Source: Bugula neritina
Taxonomy: Eukaryota > Animalia > Bryozoa
Length of the DNA: 64,000 nucleotides
Direction: 5' to 3'
Assembly (NCBI GenBank): GCA_964035545.1
Contig: OZ037772.1
Span: 744,001 to 808,000, forward strand
Shown: positions 13,993 to 25,530 of the stretch, piece after piece
Position numbering within the stretch: the stretch's first letter is position 1
How the letters are laid out: each line of letters opens with the position of its first letter
Translations under genes and position numbers: made by a program
The notes under the pieces: generated by a model
Databases searched by the model: none
Seen by the model: only the letters and a program-made list of their open reading frames with translations
What the model was told of the DNA's origin: nothing

Positions 13993-16520
13993 CGGATGCC
14001 TCTTCTCTCACATTTTCCTCAACCAGTTTCTGTTTCAACTGCCAATCTCTCTGCTGATTTTCCAAGTTCAACTCTTTCTCCTAAACACAAGCATGACTTG
14101 ATATATATAACTGTCCTACAGTAACAGCAGTAGTCACATGTATTGAGATACAAAAGAGGTATTATAAGTATAGACAACAACTTGGCAGTCAAACAGATCT
14201 GAAATTTATAGTCTTTGTCTGGTTTGTAGTCTAACATCAGCTCTAAATTAAATTAAAAAGAATGCATTACGAAATGCAATACATAGTAACCGCCTATGAT
14301 TTATTTAGAATAGACTACATTATATATATTATTGTATACATTATATAATATCATATAACATGGCAAATATCACATAATACTGTATAAATTATACAGTATT
14401 ATATAGTATATAATATTACCCCGCCACACGCGCAGGACCACGGCGGTGAAAGGTGACCAAAGATGATCATAGTAAATAATATTACATATAATTATATTTT
14501 ATAAAATTATTTTATAAAACTACTATAATGTTTACGTAACGTCATAAAACAACCGACTACAGACACGAGAGGAAGTTGTATCACCTTCAGAGCTTTGCGA
14601 AGATCCACAATCCCCTGCATGGTGGAGAGACTGTCCCGCCCTAACCTGATTGCTTGGCCCTCAGTCTACCTTTCTCAGCCCACAGCTCTCTGATCAACTT
14701 GACAATGAGATTTTTATTTACTCTAGCGAGGTTGACTATAGAACGGGCTGTAGATGTGAAGAAAACATGCTACCCAACACCAAGATTCATACCCTCAATT
14801 ATAACTTTTCAAAAGAAAAATAAAAATTGTAGAAACTTTGGAAGTTAGATGTGTTTTCAAAATGTGAAGTAAAAAACACAATCCAAAAAGAATATAACCA
14901 ATCACATGACTTGTTACATATTTAGATGCTGAACACTTTTTAAATGAAGCAGATAATCATAAGTGGGCTGAAAAGCATATTACAGTAGCTAGTTAAAAAC
15001 ACACATACTCCCACTTTTCTCATAAACTGTAAATACGCCCACACTCACATTGGTACCTGAACTCATACTGAAAGCGTTGCTCATAGCTGGTTCATATTGA
15101 TACTGATATCATGAAGTTAATAATGATATTCATCCTCAATAGTAAAGTTAGTAAATGGTATTGATTCACCCACAATGACAATTACTTGCAAAAGTTATAT
15201 ATTATTTATTTATTGACTTGGTGAGTTATTTAATTTTATCAGTTATAATGTGTATCATTCAAATGCGAATGTTGAAAATGATCTAGTCAATTTGATTACC
15301 TCATACTAATTTCGATTCATCACAATTGTCGCAATAATTTTGCCAATAATTCAGTTTCACGATGCTCATTCAGTGATTGACAGCTAGTCTTACATTGACC
15401 TTCAAGCCTAAAGCAACAGAATCTAACAGTAAGTGTAACTATAAGATTAAGTATATTTAGTTTACTATCAAGTATTAACATTACCACGTAAAATTAAAAT
15501 CTGTCAGTGTCTATAAAATTAAATTCTATAAAGCAAAATTACAAACCATTTTTATTCATGCTCTAACTTTGAAACCAGTGATACAAAAATAGTGTCATAT
15601 CACTATTTGATATTCATGATGATATTGTTCTTGTAATTGATGTTCACATTCTGTTAATGTTATTCGTATTGATATTATTATTGGTATTGTGATACTGATC
15701 GTCATTCTGATTTAGTGAATTTCACTATGATTGTGGTTGCCCCTGGCCTGGCAACTGGCTCTTCTCATTGCCACACTCAGTCAGTCACTCGTACTGAGAG
15801 TGAGTACGCCGTACGGTATTCACACTCACAGTGATTGTCGTTGGGATTGTCAATATTGTCATACTGATACTCATAGTCATTCAACCATACTCATTGTGAT
15901 TCACAGCGAATGCTTGAGTGAATTGATACTGATAGCACATTGAGCTTGACATTAGGCATTAATTGATTAATTTCAAGTGATTATCTTTTACTTCGAGTTT
16001 TACCTCGTAGTCGTTGGGTTCAGCTTCAACTTGGTGTTGGTTTCAAAGTTGAAGCATCAGGATATTGTGAATATGAAGAGAAGATGAAGCAGCTGTTTGG
16101 GGTGTAAACAAACCTAAATAGTACGCAAAAATTATAAATACTAAACGAAGAAATCAGCGGCGATGAAAAGCACCGCTTGTTACAGGGTTTCTAAATTTAT
16201 ATTGCTATAGTGATGAGAAATCGCTTGAAGCAGCATTGAATAGGTAGTCACCGAGTGTATTGACTTAAGAGCATCAAGTTTAAAATGCAAACAAATTCTT
16301 ACACAAACTTTGCACGTGGTCACTACTCATTCGGTGCTGCTTCTAGTGATCTTCAGAACAACAATAATGGTGACAGACAGTGAGCGTAACGCATGATAGT
16401 TTGAAAAATCTGTAAGTTTATAAATTTATATTGCAGTTGCTTGTAGATAGTGCTAGTATATTAATAGTGATAAATTGATTTATAATTATGTTTTATTGTT
16501 ATACTATTGTACTTGTAGCC

Positions 16521-16695
16521 TATATATATATATATATATATACTGTGAGTTATTATATTATATACTGTGAGTTATTATATTATATACTATGAGGCATTAT
16601 ACTATATACTATGAGTTATTATATTATATACTATGAGTTATTATATTATATACTATGAGTTATTATATTATATACTATGAGGCATTATAATATTA
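16521..16695. repeat. (TA)n plus short AT-rich tandem repeat (ATACTATGAGTTATTATATTAT)
   Basis: Visible tandem units. Confidence 0.9.
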
Positions 16696-17409
16696 TAAAC
16701 TGTTTCCCCAACAATGAGTGGAGACACAACTCCAACAAATGGCCAGTTGATGCTCCAATGACCACGGCTCTCTTCACAGAAGGTGTGACAACTCTACAGG
16801 GGGACTATGTCCAAGGGTTGGGCTACTACGAGTACGTCCCGCAATACTTCAGATGTTCTGCTTTTTTCTTTAAACCCTTTATACTATACTAAAATTTATG
16901 TTAGATTTCTAGTTAAGCTTCCAGGCTACGTTACATCCAGAGCCTTTGCAGACACGCTGCCTGCAGCTCAGACACATGCAGACACTTGGCAATAGCTGCC
17001 AGTGAACTGATTCACTAGTGAAATAATATTGATAGTGTCATCCATGTGTCATGTTAGATTATTGGTATAATGAGGTTACATCAGTGATGATTAAAATTAC
17101 TTGTCAGTCTAGTTCACAATAATGCCTTTGCTGTCTATTTCTCTACATTCTTTACATTCCACAACATTGCTTGGCTATTTCTTTAAACCTCTACATTATA
17201 GCCTACGGCATTCATAGTCTGTTGCATTAGATATGAAGTCATGGAATATAGAAGAACCACGTTTATGTGAATCTCACACAAGTTCTGATTGGTTCTTGTG
17301 AATCTCACACAAGCTCTGATTGGTCTCATTACCTGTCTAATTACAAATATTGACAGAAGAAGACTTTAACTAACTGAAACTCTATCTCTATATTGATAAT
17401 CTGCTTTAG

Positions 17410-18801
17410 TAAAAAGTGAGTACCTGGGGTGGAGAGAGCCAGTTCTCAGGAAGCTGATTATAGAGAGGGCTGAAGGAGCTGATTTTGTGCCAGTCTTGGA
17501 GACAGAGCAGGTTTTGGCCGGGACGGCTTTGAGAGTAACGATTAATGTGACAGCGGAGTTTGAAAGTCATCAACTTGAAGTGAGTGTGGATGCTTACCCA
17601 CGTCTGCTGATTATAAACGAGTGTAGAGTTTTATTTACTGGGAAGCGGTTTGTTTTACCCCCTCATAAGTGCAGAGAGGTAAATTTTCAGTTTCGTGGAA
17701 CAGTTGATTTAGTTTATACAAAACACTCTCAATGCACTCTTCTAGAATACAAAGTTACAAGCTACAGGCTACAAAGTTATATAAGACATGCGTTATTGGA
17801 GGTGAAAAAGGTTTTGTTTTCTCTTTTTATTTTTCTTTATTTACTGATTATAGATATTTATTTTGAAAAGTTTTTGTCAACCACTGAGAGTTCCAAACAC
17901 AGATGCGGGCGGTGACTTTAAGCAGTGTTACAAGTTCTGTACCTTTGAGGCTCAATGTCAAGGGATTCCAGGGTCCACCTGCCACCTTAGTGAGTTGTCT
18001 TCTCACAGCATACAGTTTGAAGTATGCTTATCAACTACCTAGTATGCTGAAACAAATGTGGGTTTTTAGTGTATAAGTGCTTTCTGACTCTCTTCAGTTT
18101 GTATAATACAAGAACCCAGTAGAATCACTGAATTGGTATAACATAGATATATATTCATCAGAAATGTACATGATGTAGCAGTGCAGCCCAATGAAGTCAT
18201 TCGGAAAGTTAAATGATGTTCTTTTAGACATTGCTCTGTAGAACTCAGACTGAGCATGTGACATCCAGGTTCCGAGTGTATTACCATCAGTGGTGGAGAC
18301 GAAGGAGGTTGTTGGTGTACAGGGGGTACTCACTACTACAACCGAGCTTGTGTACCTGGCATTACTAGTAAGTGTGTATCTAAAGACAAGCAGAGTGACA
18401 GATGAACTGACAAACTGACTGGCTAACTGGCTGGCTGACTGACTGACTGACTGACTGACTGACTGACTGACTGACTGACTGACTGACTGACTGACTGACT
18501 GGCTTACTGGCTGGCTGACTCACTGACTGACTGACTGACAGGTAAACAGATAGGTAAATATTGATCACATATATAGTGAAGCTACCAACTGAGACCCAGA
18601 CTGTGTTTTGATTTAGCATATACTGGTATATGATATCTTTCTACAATGTGTTTACAGTTTACTCTACAAAGTATAGTTCCATCAGATGGACTCACTCTAC
18701 TCACGTGTAAGACTCATCAAGAATGTCTACCCAATCAGATCTGTGTTAACGAGGTGTGCACACTGACGTGTGAAAGTGACTCTGAGTGTACATTCAACCA
18801 G
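17410..18801 (+). pseudogene. Exon cluster encoding cysteine-rich extracellular modules (EB/dumpy-like spacing), partly frameshifted
   Basis: GT-AG bounded exons at about 17410-17579; 17871-17989 (FCQPLRVP..QCYKFCTFEAQCQGIPGSTCHL); 18098-18135; 18228-18367 (PGSECITISGGDEGGCWCTGGTHYYNRACVPG, with a frameshift); and 18658-18801 (CKTHQECLPNQICVNEVCTLTCESDSECTFNQ). Confidence 0.6.
18410..18540. repeat. (GACT)n microsatellite
   Basis: Direct inspection. Confidence 0.98.
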
Positions 18802-19143
18802 GTTAGATACTGCATACATGTCTCTATCATAGCAGGTATTTCACAAACTATTCTGAAACCCATACTTTTATTGTTCATTGTCTACGTATTCTCCACCATA
18901 TTTTTACTAGAAGTAAACTTTATTTCAGTAATGAGTTTAAAATAAATTATTGTTTCGCATTGTACAGTTTATTATTGCCTGAATCTTGTAATAAGAATAT
19001 TGACAATATTAGAGCAGCTATGTGATTGGCTTAACAATACCAGAGCAGGGATTTGATTGGCTTAGCAATATCAGTGCAGCGATGTGATTAGTTTTACAAT
19101 ATCAAAGCAGGGATGTGATTGGCTACTCTGTTCTGTTCTGCAG

Positions 19144-22058
19144 GGCTTCAGAGGAGACGAGGGGAAACGGGATTGCCCTGTGCTGTAGGAGATGCTGGAA
19201 AACCCGGACCTCAATGTCCAATGGGAGAGAGCCGGTCGACTGGGCTCAAGAGATTCCTCGGACCAGTCGGTGCTCCTGGTTATCCTGACCTGCAAGAACC
19301 GAGGTTGGTGAATAGTATCTTTGTGGGGCTCACTGCTTGTGTGGGAGTTGTTTCCTCTGAAATATTTGGAGGTGTAGCTTGAGTTCCTTGCCTTGTGTTA
19401 TCAGTTAGCCCCGCCTAGGTGTTTCACAGGTTATTACAGGGTTGGGGTAATTGTAATTTGTAATTGTAATTTGTTGTATTTAATTACATTTTTTCAAGTA
19501 ATTGAATGTAATTTGTGATTGATGTATAAAAATGTAATTGTAATTGTAATTAATTACATATCTAATGTAATTGATTTTTACAATTACATCTCAATTACTT
19601 CAAACTTTTAAATCTTAAGAAATTCATTCTTTTTTAACATGCCTACTGTTAAATAACAAGTTCAGGTTAAGTCAATGTAGTATAGTATCAGTGTTGAGAA
19701 CAAAGGAGGTTCACCACTGTCAAAATTGCCCCTGCTAGTTGGACCCTAGAAGTGAAATTGCATAACTTCCATTTGTCCTTTGTGAGAACAAAAGTAATTG
19801 TAATTGTAATTAATTGCTCTACAATGTAATTTTGTAATGTAATTAATTACATTTATTTCAACTGTAATTATAATTGTAATTGACAAATTCTCATGTAACT
19901 GTAATTAATTACATTCACATGTAATTGACCCCAACAACCCTGGTTTATTATGGAGCTCATACTTTTATTGTTCAAGGTCTAGATGTATTCTCGTCCACCA
20001 TGTTTTTACTAGAAGTAAACTTTAATTCGGTAATAAGTTTAAAATAAATTGATTTTTCCTATTTTGCTGTTTATTGTTGCCTGAGTATTGTAATGAGAAT
20101 ATTAGCTTCACAATACCAGTGCAGCGATGTGATTGGTTTGACAATATCAATGCAGCGATGTGATTGGCTTGACAGTATCAGAGTAGTGATGTGATTGGCT
20201 ACTCTGTTCTGTTCTGCAGGGCCATGCCTACTTGTATTATGTGTTAATCTTGTTTTGCAGTGAACAGAAAGGGATAATGGGTCCTAAAAGACACCCAGGA
20301 TCTTACAGAACTGATGGAGAGGAAGGGTTCACCCGATGTTGATGGCCTGCCTGCTATATCCGGCAATCCTGGAGATGCAGGAGAAAGGAGACCACCTGGT
20401 TTCTCAGGAGATACCGGACTTTTTGGAGAACCAGGTGATGTTTATGCTCAATTGAGTTTAATTTGTCAAGTTATGTTGGGATCTTTTTCGTTTTCATTAT
20501 TTTATGTTTGTTATGTGGAAAAGGGGAAAACTCTATCTCGAAGCATTTTTGTTTTTTCAGAGAGCTTTGGATTATTTGATTATGGTCTACACAGGGGTGT
20601 AGACAAACTAAACTAGACAGGGGTGTAGACAGACTAAACTTACTACGAACTTATAACTACCCTGCGTCATGCTGTCATGAGGTCTCTATTCTCTCCTATA
20701 ATTTGACCTTTATTTAGCGAGCAGATTTCAAGTGGGCTATTCTATAGTGACCAGTCACACTGTTTATTATAGCAACAGAGAAATCAAGTTGAAAACTAGT
20801 TGCACCTGTTGTGATGCTATCACTGGGTGCTTACCGGTAGAGACGGAGTACCTGGACCTGTTGAGATAGGATATCAGGGTAAACAAGGAGATCAAGGTCC
20901 TGCAGCTAAGAATTCGGAGTTAATCACTATTGTTTGTGTATTTCTATTCTTTTTAGGTATTCTATAATATGCTGGGGTTGTCAGATTGATCTAGTGGAGT
21001 TACCTCCTCTTAAGTGAAAGATACTTTAATATTATAATTTGCTCATCAATCTGACTGATTAAAGCTACTGCTGTCAAAAAACAAGATTGTTGCAGTCTAA
21101 AAATTAACGCCAGCTATAAACTATACGCAGCAAATCTTTTAGCTTGGAGTAAATTGACCAATCTTTGATAATCAATTTTAATTTTTTAGCTTTTATAGTA
21201 TGGATGTTGATGAGTGTTGCTATAGTAACATGTTGGTTTCCTGTATGGATTGTAGTTTGAGTATCAGGCAAAGTTTTCCCGATTCAACTTCCTTCGAATT
21301 CACTCTGAGAGAGCAAAGCAAACCCTGACTCACAGGTAATAGTCACTGCTAGCAGCTTATCAAATAGTCACTAGTTGCTAGTCACCAGATATTAGTCCTC
21401 TACTATGTTGCTAGTCACTTGATAATCTGAACAATCACTGGCTTCTTCTTAAGCTGAGTGAGTTGTTGGTATGACTGTTCCTTTTGCTGATTGTAGATGT
21501 ATAAACTCAGTGGCAGTACAAGATGCATGCGAAAGGAAGAATAAGTCAGTCATTTTATATACAGCTGGTGATAAAGAATACACAGCGACAGATAGCAGGT
21601 CCCAATATTCCGTGCTGCAGGATTTTTACAAGGTATCTAAATCTGACCTATATACTGTAAATCTGACCTATATAGTGTAAATCTGACCTATAAAGTGTAA
21701 ATCTGACCTATATAGTGTAAACCTGACCTATATAGCATAAATTCGACCTGCACTTGAACATGATTGCGATAGTTGCATTTTTTTTATATTGATATACAAT
21801 ATAGCTTGCCTTTGAGGCTTTTTAACAACTACTCATGAGTTCAACCCAAAAGCCACTTTGATTTCTGTGCAAGTTTAGAGTTTTGAGTTTGCCGTCTGCC
21901 ATTTTGTAGTATTCCAAATACCATCAGAAGCTCTGACAGTGATTGAGATTGACACCAAGACCCCCACCCACTTGCATATTAATGACATTGCTCCTGGTGA
22001 CATCAGGACCACCCACAAAGAGTTTGGGGTTCAGCTTGGAGAAGTCTGCTTTTCATAG
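19144..22058 (+). pseudogene. Fibrillar collagen pseudogene, copy 1 (degenerate Gly-X-Y exons and last three COLFI exons)
   Basis: Gly-X-Y exons at 19144-19302, about 20261-20433 and about 20837-20905 (both splice sites of the last are mutated). The COLFI exons at about 21256-21335, 21498-21632 and 21910-22058 end in KEFGVQLGEVCFS*, with a frameshift in the last exon. AATAAA at 22218. Confidence 0.9.
19437..19942. mobile_element. hAT-like MITE with GTAATT subterminal repeats
   Basis: Ends CAGGGTTGGGGT...ACCCCAAC(AAC)CCTG; 8-bp flanks ggttatta / gtttatta (TSD with one mismatch). Confidence 0.85.
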
Positions 22059-22769
22059 ACTCATATCTAACAACAGTTTTATTTGTCTGATTTGTAAGAC
22101 TGTTCCTGATTAGATAATTAGTGGCCAATCAGAGAATGCAATCAATGTTTGGTTGGCTGAGACCAGCAGTCTGATTTTTATATAACCTAATTTTAAATGA
22201 AAGATTTGATTACTCTAAATAAATTTATCTGAGACTTCCAAGGCAGTGATGGTGATTTTTGTACATATAAATTTGAAGGAGTTTAGCTATAGAGTTTATG
22301 CTGTTTTTTTAATTATTCCACCATAACCTGAGATTGTGAGTAGTAATTCTAGAATGAGATAGGGAGGGTGTTATGCCCCTCCCTGTGATTTTATATATTT
22401 AGAAATTGTTGTTGATTTAGTAATTCTGTTGGTGCTACATTTTTGAATTAATTTAATCCAATCATTTCTTTAATATTGCAAAATATATTTTACCATACAG
22501 CACTACACAATTTATTTCTCAGCTTGTAAATTTCACCATCAAAATTATTATAGTACTAAAGTTGGTCACAGATTTCTGATAAGCTGCAGTTTTCAGATCT
22601 GATTATTTATCCTATTCATCCTGAAATGAGACATTGTTAGTTTAAAATGGAATTTTACATATATTTTAGTTACTTAGTTCCAACTGTGTTGACCATATGA
22701 ACATTTTAAATTTTACTTTGGCTGCTATGAAGTATATAAGCAAATGGCATTAAGTTATTAATATATAAT

Positions 22770-23105
22770 AAGGTTTGCAAAGACTTAATATACCAAGCAA
22801 CTGTGACAAGACATGCCAATAACTCCAGCCAATCATACATAGGACTTTGTTCAACTACCTTCAAAGCCAGACTCAGCAACCATAAAGCCTCTTTCCTACA
22901 TGCAGATAAAGCCAACAACACACAACTCAGCAGACACATCCGGGATTTAGAACAAAAACAACACGAAATTCAGCCTAAAATGGATCATTTTAAAAATTTG
23001 TAAATCATACTCAAAACCTAATCAACAGATGTAACTTATGTAGCTATGACAAATATGTAATTTTGAAACAACCGGAGTTATCCACTCTCAACAAACGCAA
23101 CGAGC
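22770..23105 (+). mobile_element. Penelope-like retroelement fragment (GIY-YIG endonuclease C-terminus)
   Basis: LIYQATVT..SYIGLCSTTFKARLSNHKASF..TQLSRHI..(W)IILKICKSYS..RCNLC..K..I.KQPELSTLNKRNE matches Penelope GIY-YIG and CxLC/LNKRNE motifs; frameshifted. Confidence 0.85.
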
Positions 23106-23306
23106 GAAGTGTGAGAATTCCATGCTAGTGACCTGCCACACACAGTGCGTGTGTTGCGAGTGCAAAATATTATTAGCAAATGATGTTAGCGTTAAACTTT
23201 ACTGCTCGCCTACAGACGTTTGTTTTTAAACAGCGTCACCGGGCAAAGTAATTTGGATATTATAAAAGCGGAAATGTAAAATATATAAAACTGTTTTAAT
23301 TCAGCT

Positions 23307-23792
23307 CAGTATATTATGTCATACAGCATATTATGTTATACAGTATATTATGTTATACAGTATATTATGTTATAGAGTATATACTATGTTATACAGTATA
23401 CTCTGTTATACAGCATATTATGTTATACAGTATATTATGTTATACAGTATATTATGTTATACAATATATTGTGTTATAATACAGTGTATAATGTTATACA
23501 GTATATTACGCTATACAGCATATTATGTTATACAGTATACTATGTTATACAGTATATTATGTTATACAGTATATACTATGTTATACAGTATACTCTGTTA
23601 TACAGTATAATTATTATGTTATACAGTATACTCTGTTATACAGTATACTATGTTATACAGTATATACTATGTTATACAGTATACTATGTTATACAGTATA
23701 TTATGCTATACAGTATACTATGTTATACAGTATACTATGTTATACAGTATATTATGTTATACAGTATATTATGTTATACAGTATACTGTATA
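23307..23792. repeat. 17-bp minisatellite TATGTTATACAGTATA(T/C), copy 1
   Basis: Direct inspection; explains the YSILCYTV ORFs. Confidence 0.97.
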
Positions 23793-24730
23793 CTGTCATT
23801 GAGCTGGTTTACAGTGAAGGATGATTTGCTAAATTTTGTGTTTTTATATAAGATAGGATTCCTTCAATTAATATGCTAATGGTTAGGAATCAGCAAATAA
23901 ACTGCCTTGACCTGCAAAGTGACCTACAATGTGCAGCTTGTCAAAACCCAAGTCAAACTTAAGCAAGCTGCAGCACAAATTCACCAGCTTCAGCCATAAT
24001 ATTAATAATTGAACTGCTTTGTGCTTTTTACATGCATAATATAATAATCATAATCTTATTATTATAATCAAATATACTAGAACAAATATAGACTTCTATT
24101 GTATATTATGCCTATCATTCATAAATTGCACTTTTAGAAAAAGGGGAACTTAATAGTAAACAGTTATGGAAGGGGAGATGATATGGCATGAAAAAGGTTT
24201 GGAACCACTGAGCTAAACGAACCACCATACCTCTACCATAGCATCACATCCCTCTGCCATCTTGATTGCAGCCTGCCAATTAAGAAAATTCAGGATTAAC
24301 CAGAGATTCAGTGATGTCGCTGAATATGCTAGTACTAAACAGCTCAACTTAAACAAAATAAATATATTTTACATAATGAAAGTACAAACAAAAAGATGCA
24401 AGTGCTAGCTGACACTCAAGACTACTGATAAGAGACAAATTTCTTGTAGATATTTTGCTACTATAGAGGACATTGACGTTATCGGTATATTTGTAATTTG
24501 AAAATATACATTCTAAATTAGCTCAATTGAAAAATATGTACACTTCCTGCCCTGGATAATTTTTTAGATTTCAACCTAAGAGTTGTCTATCTTCGACACA
24601 ATATAGCGATCGGCTCACTGAATGCAACATTTCTTTCACGTGATTATTATAGAGCTTTGTATCGACCTTTGTAGTCGAGTGACGTGTAATAATCCTTCTG
24701 CGCGCAGAACTTCCTCGTTATTTTGGTTTT

Positions 24731-25530
24731 ATTGTGCCTCATCTAAGTTACTACTTACTAGTAATAAATACTAGTTACCAAGTTTCTTACCAGTTTACAG
24801 ACTGACACTATTGACTCTCGTGAGGTGAGAACAGTTTGAGTTATCTCATCATTTCTCAAATTAATCAGGTACCCGTACTTTAATACTTGCAGTTAGATTT
24901 ACTATTTTACTTTTAGTTTTAGTATTTACTATTTAAGTATTTTAGTATTTAGTATTTTACTATTTTAATTCTAGATTTACTTTTACTTTTAGTTTTAGTT
25001 TTACTTTTAGCCTTTAGGCTTTAGGTTTAAGTCTAGGCTTATAACTTATATAATATCAATATAGGATTAAGCTTAAGACTACGTTATATTTAAATTATAA
25101 GTTATATAAATTAAAATTCTTACAGTTAATGTTATAATGTTAATTAAATATAATTGTTTCTCTTTCAGTCTTTGATTTGAAATTTACAATAGACATAGTA
25201 ATACCATAGCTCATAGGCATATGATCTATAATTAATTAATTATAATGATTTATCGAGTAATATAAATATGAATATCGTATTAATAATACTAAATTTATTA
25301 TTATTATAAAAAATTTAATCGACTTCAAGTTTAGGTTCAAGTTTTAATACTAAAAAAATTGATCTACTAGTAGTAGTACTAGTACTACTACTACTACTAT
25401 TCATATTGTGCCTCATCTCAGTTACTAGTTACCAAGTGTCCGACCAGTTTACTGACTAACACTATTGACTCTCGTGAGGTGAGAGCATTTTGAGTCATCT
25501 CATCATTTCTCAAATTAATCAGGTACTTTA
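24731..25530 (+). repeat. Duplicated ~130-bp segment (about 24731-24872 and 25405-25526) containing a splice donor; candidate 5' UTR exon(s) of the TRIM gene
   Basis: attgtgcctcatct..actattgactctcgtgag|gtgaga..ctcaaattaatcaggtac occurs twice; a matching acceptor ttttacag lies at 27229 just before the ATG. Confidence 0.6.

Larger units (their letters stand above)
7643..14747 (-). pseudogene. KIF14: Kinesin-3 KIF14-like unprocessed pseudogene lacking the motor domain (neck, FHA, tail exons)
   Basis: GT-AG exons: 14747-14585 (ARSIVNLARVNKNLIVKLIREL, frameshifted); 14080-13978 (EKELNLENQQRDWQLKQK); 12941-12836 (FHA, PTFVNGEQIVDSMTLNH); 12377-12235 (DRVIIGGDLYFHFNH..PKDFLFAKTKI, cf. KIF14 DRVILGGDHYFRFNHP..PKDFEFAKNEL); 10505-10282 (VSKFEERLADM*EL, in-frame TGA); 9867-9679 (SMCKDFVSYSL). 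Further stop-containing exons lie at about 9364-9263, 8442-8280, 8050-7809 and 7760-7643; the assignment of these last ones is less sure. Confidence 0.85.
20590..24610 (+). repeat. Segmental duplication, copy 1 (paralog of 47666-54494, lacking ~2.9 kb internally)
   Basis: Collinear match: collagen intron/exon, COLFI 3' exons, 3' UTR, Penelope fragment, 17-bp array, MITE end, finishing at ttcgac..aatatagcg. Confidence 0.95.

Noticed and set aside
23120-23300. Possible Helitron/HINE end (ctagtgacctgccacac) beside the Penelope fragment
   Set aside because: I could not identify a matching opposite end or hairpin, so it is not supportable.
23350-23879. Long ORFs in several frames (YSILCYTV..), also 53094-53747, 48219-48685, 37088-37342, 37786-38097, 13687-14101
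   Set aside because: They are translations of stop-poor tandem repeats.
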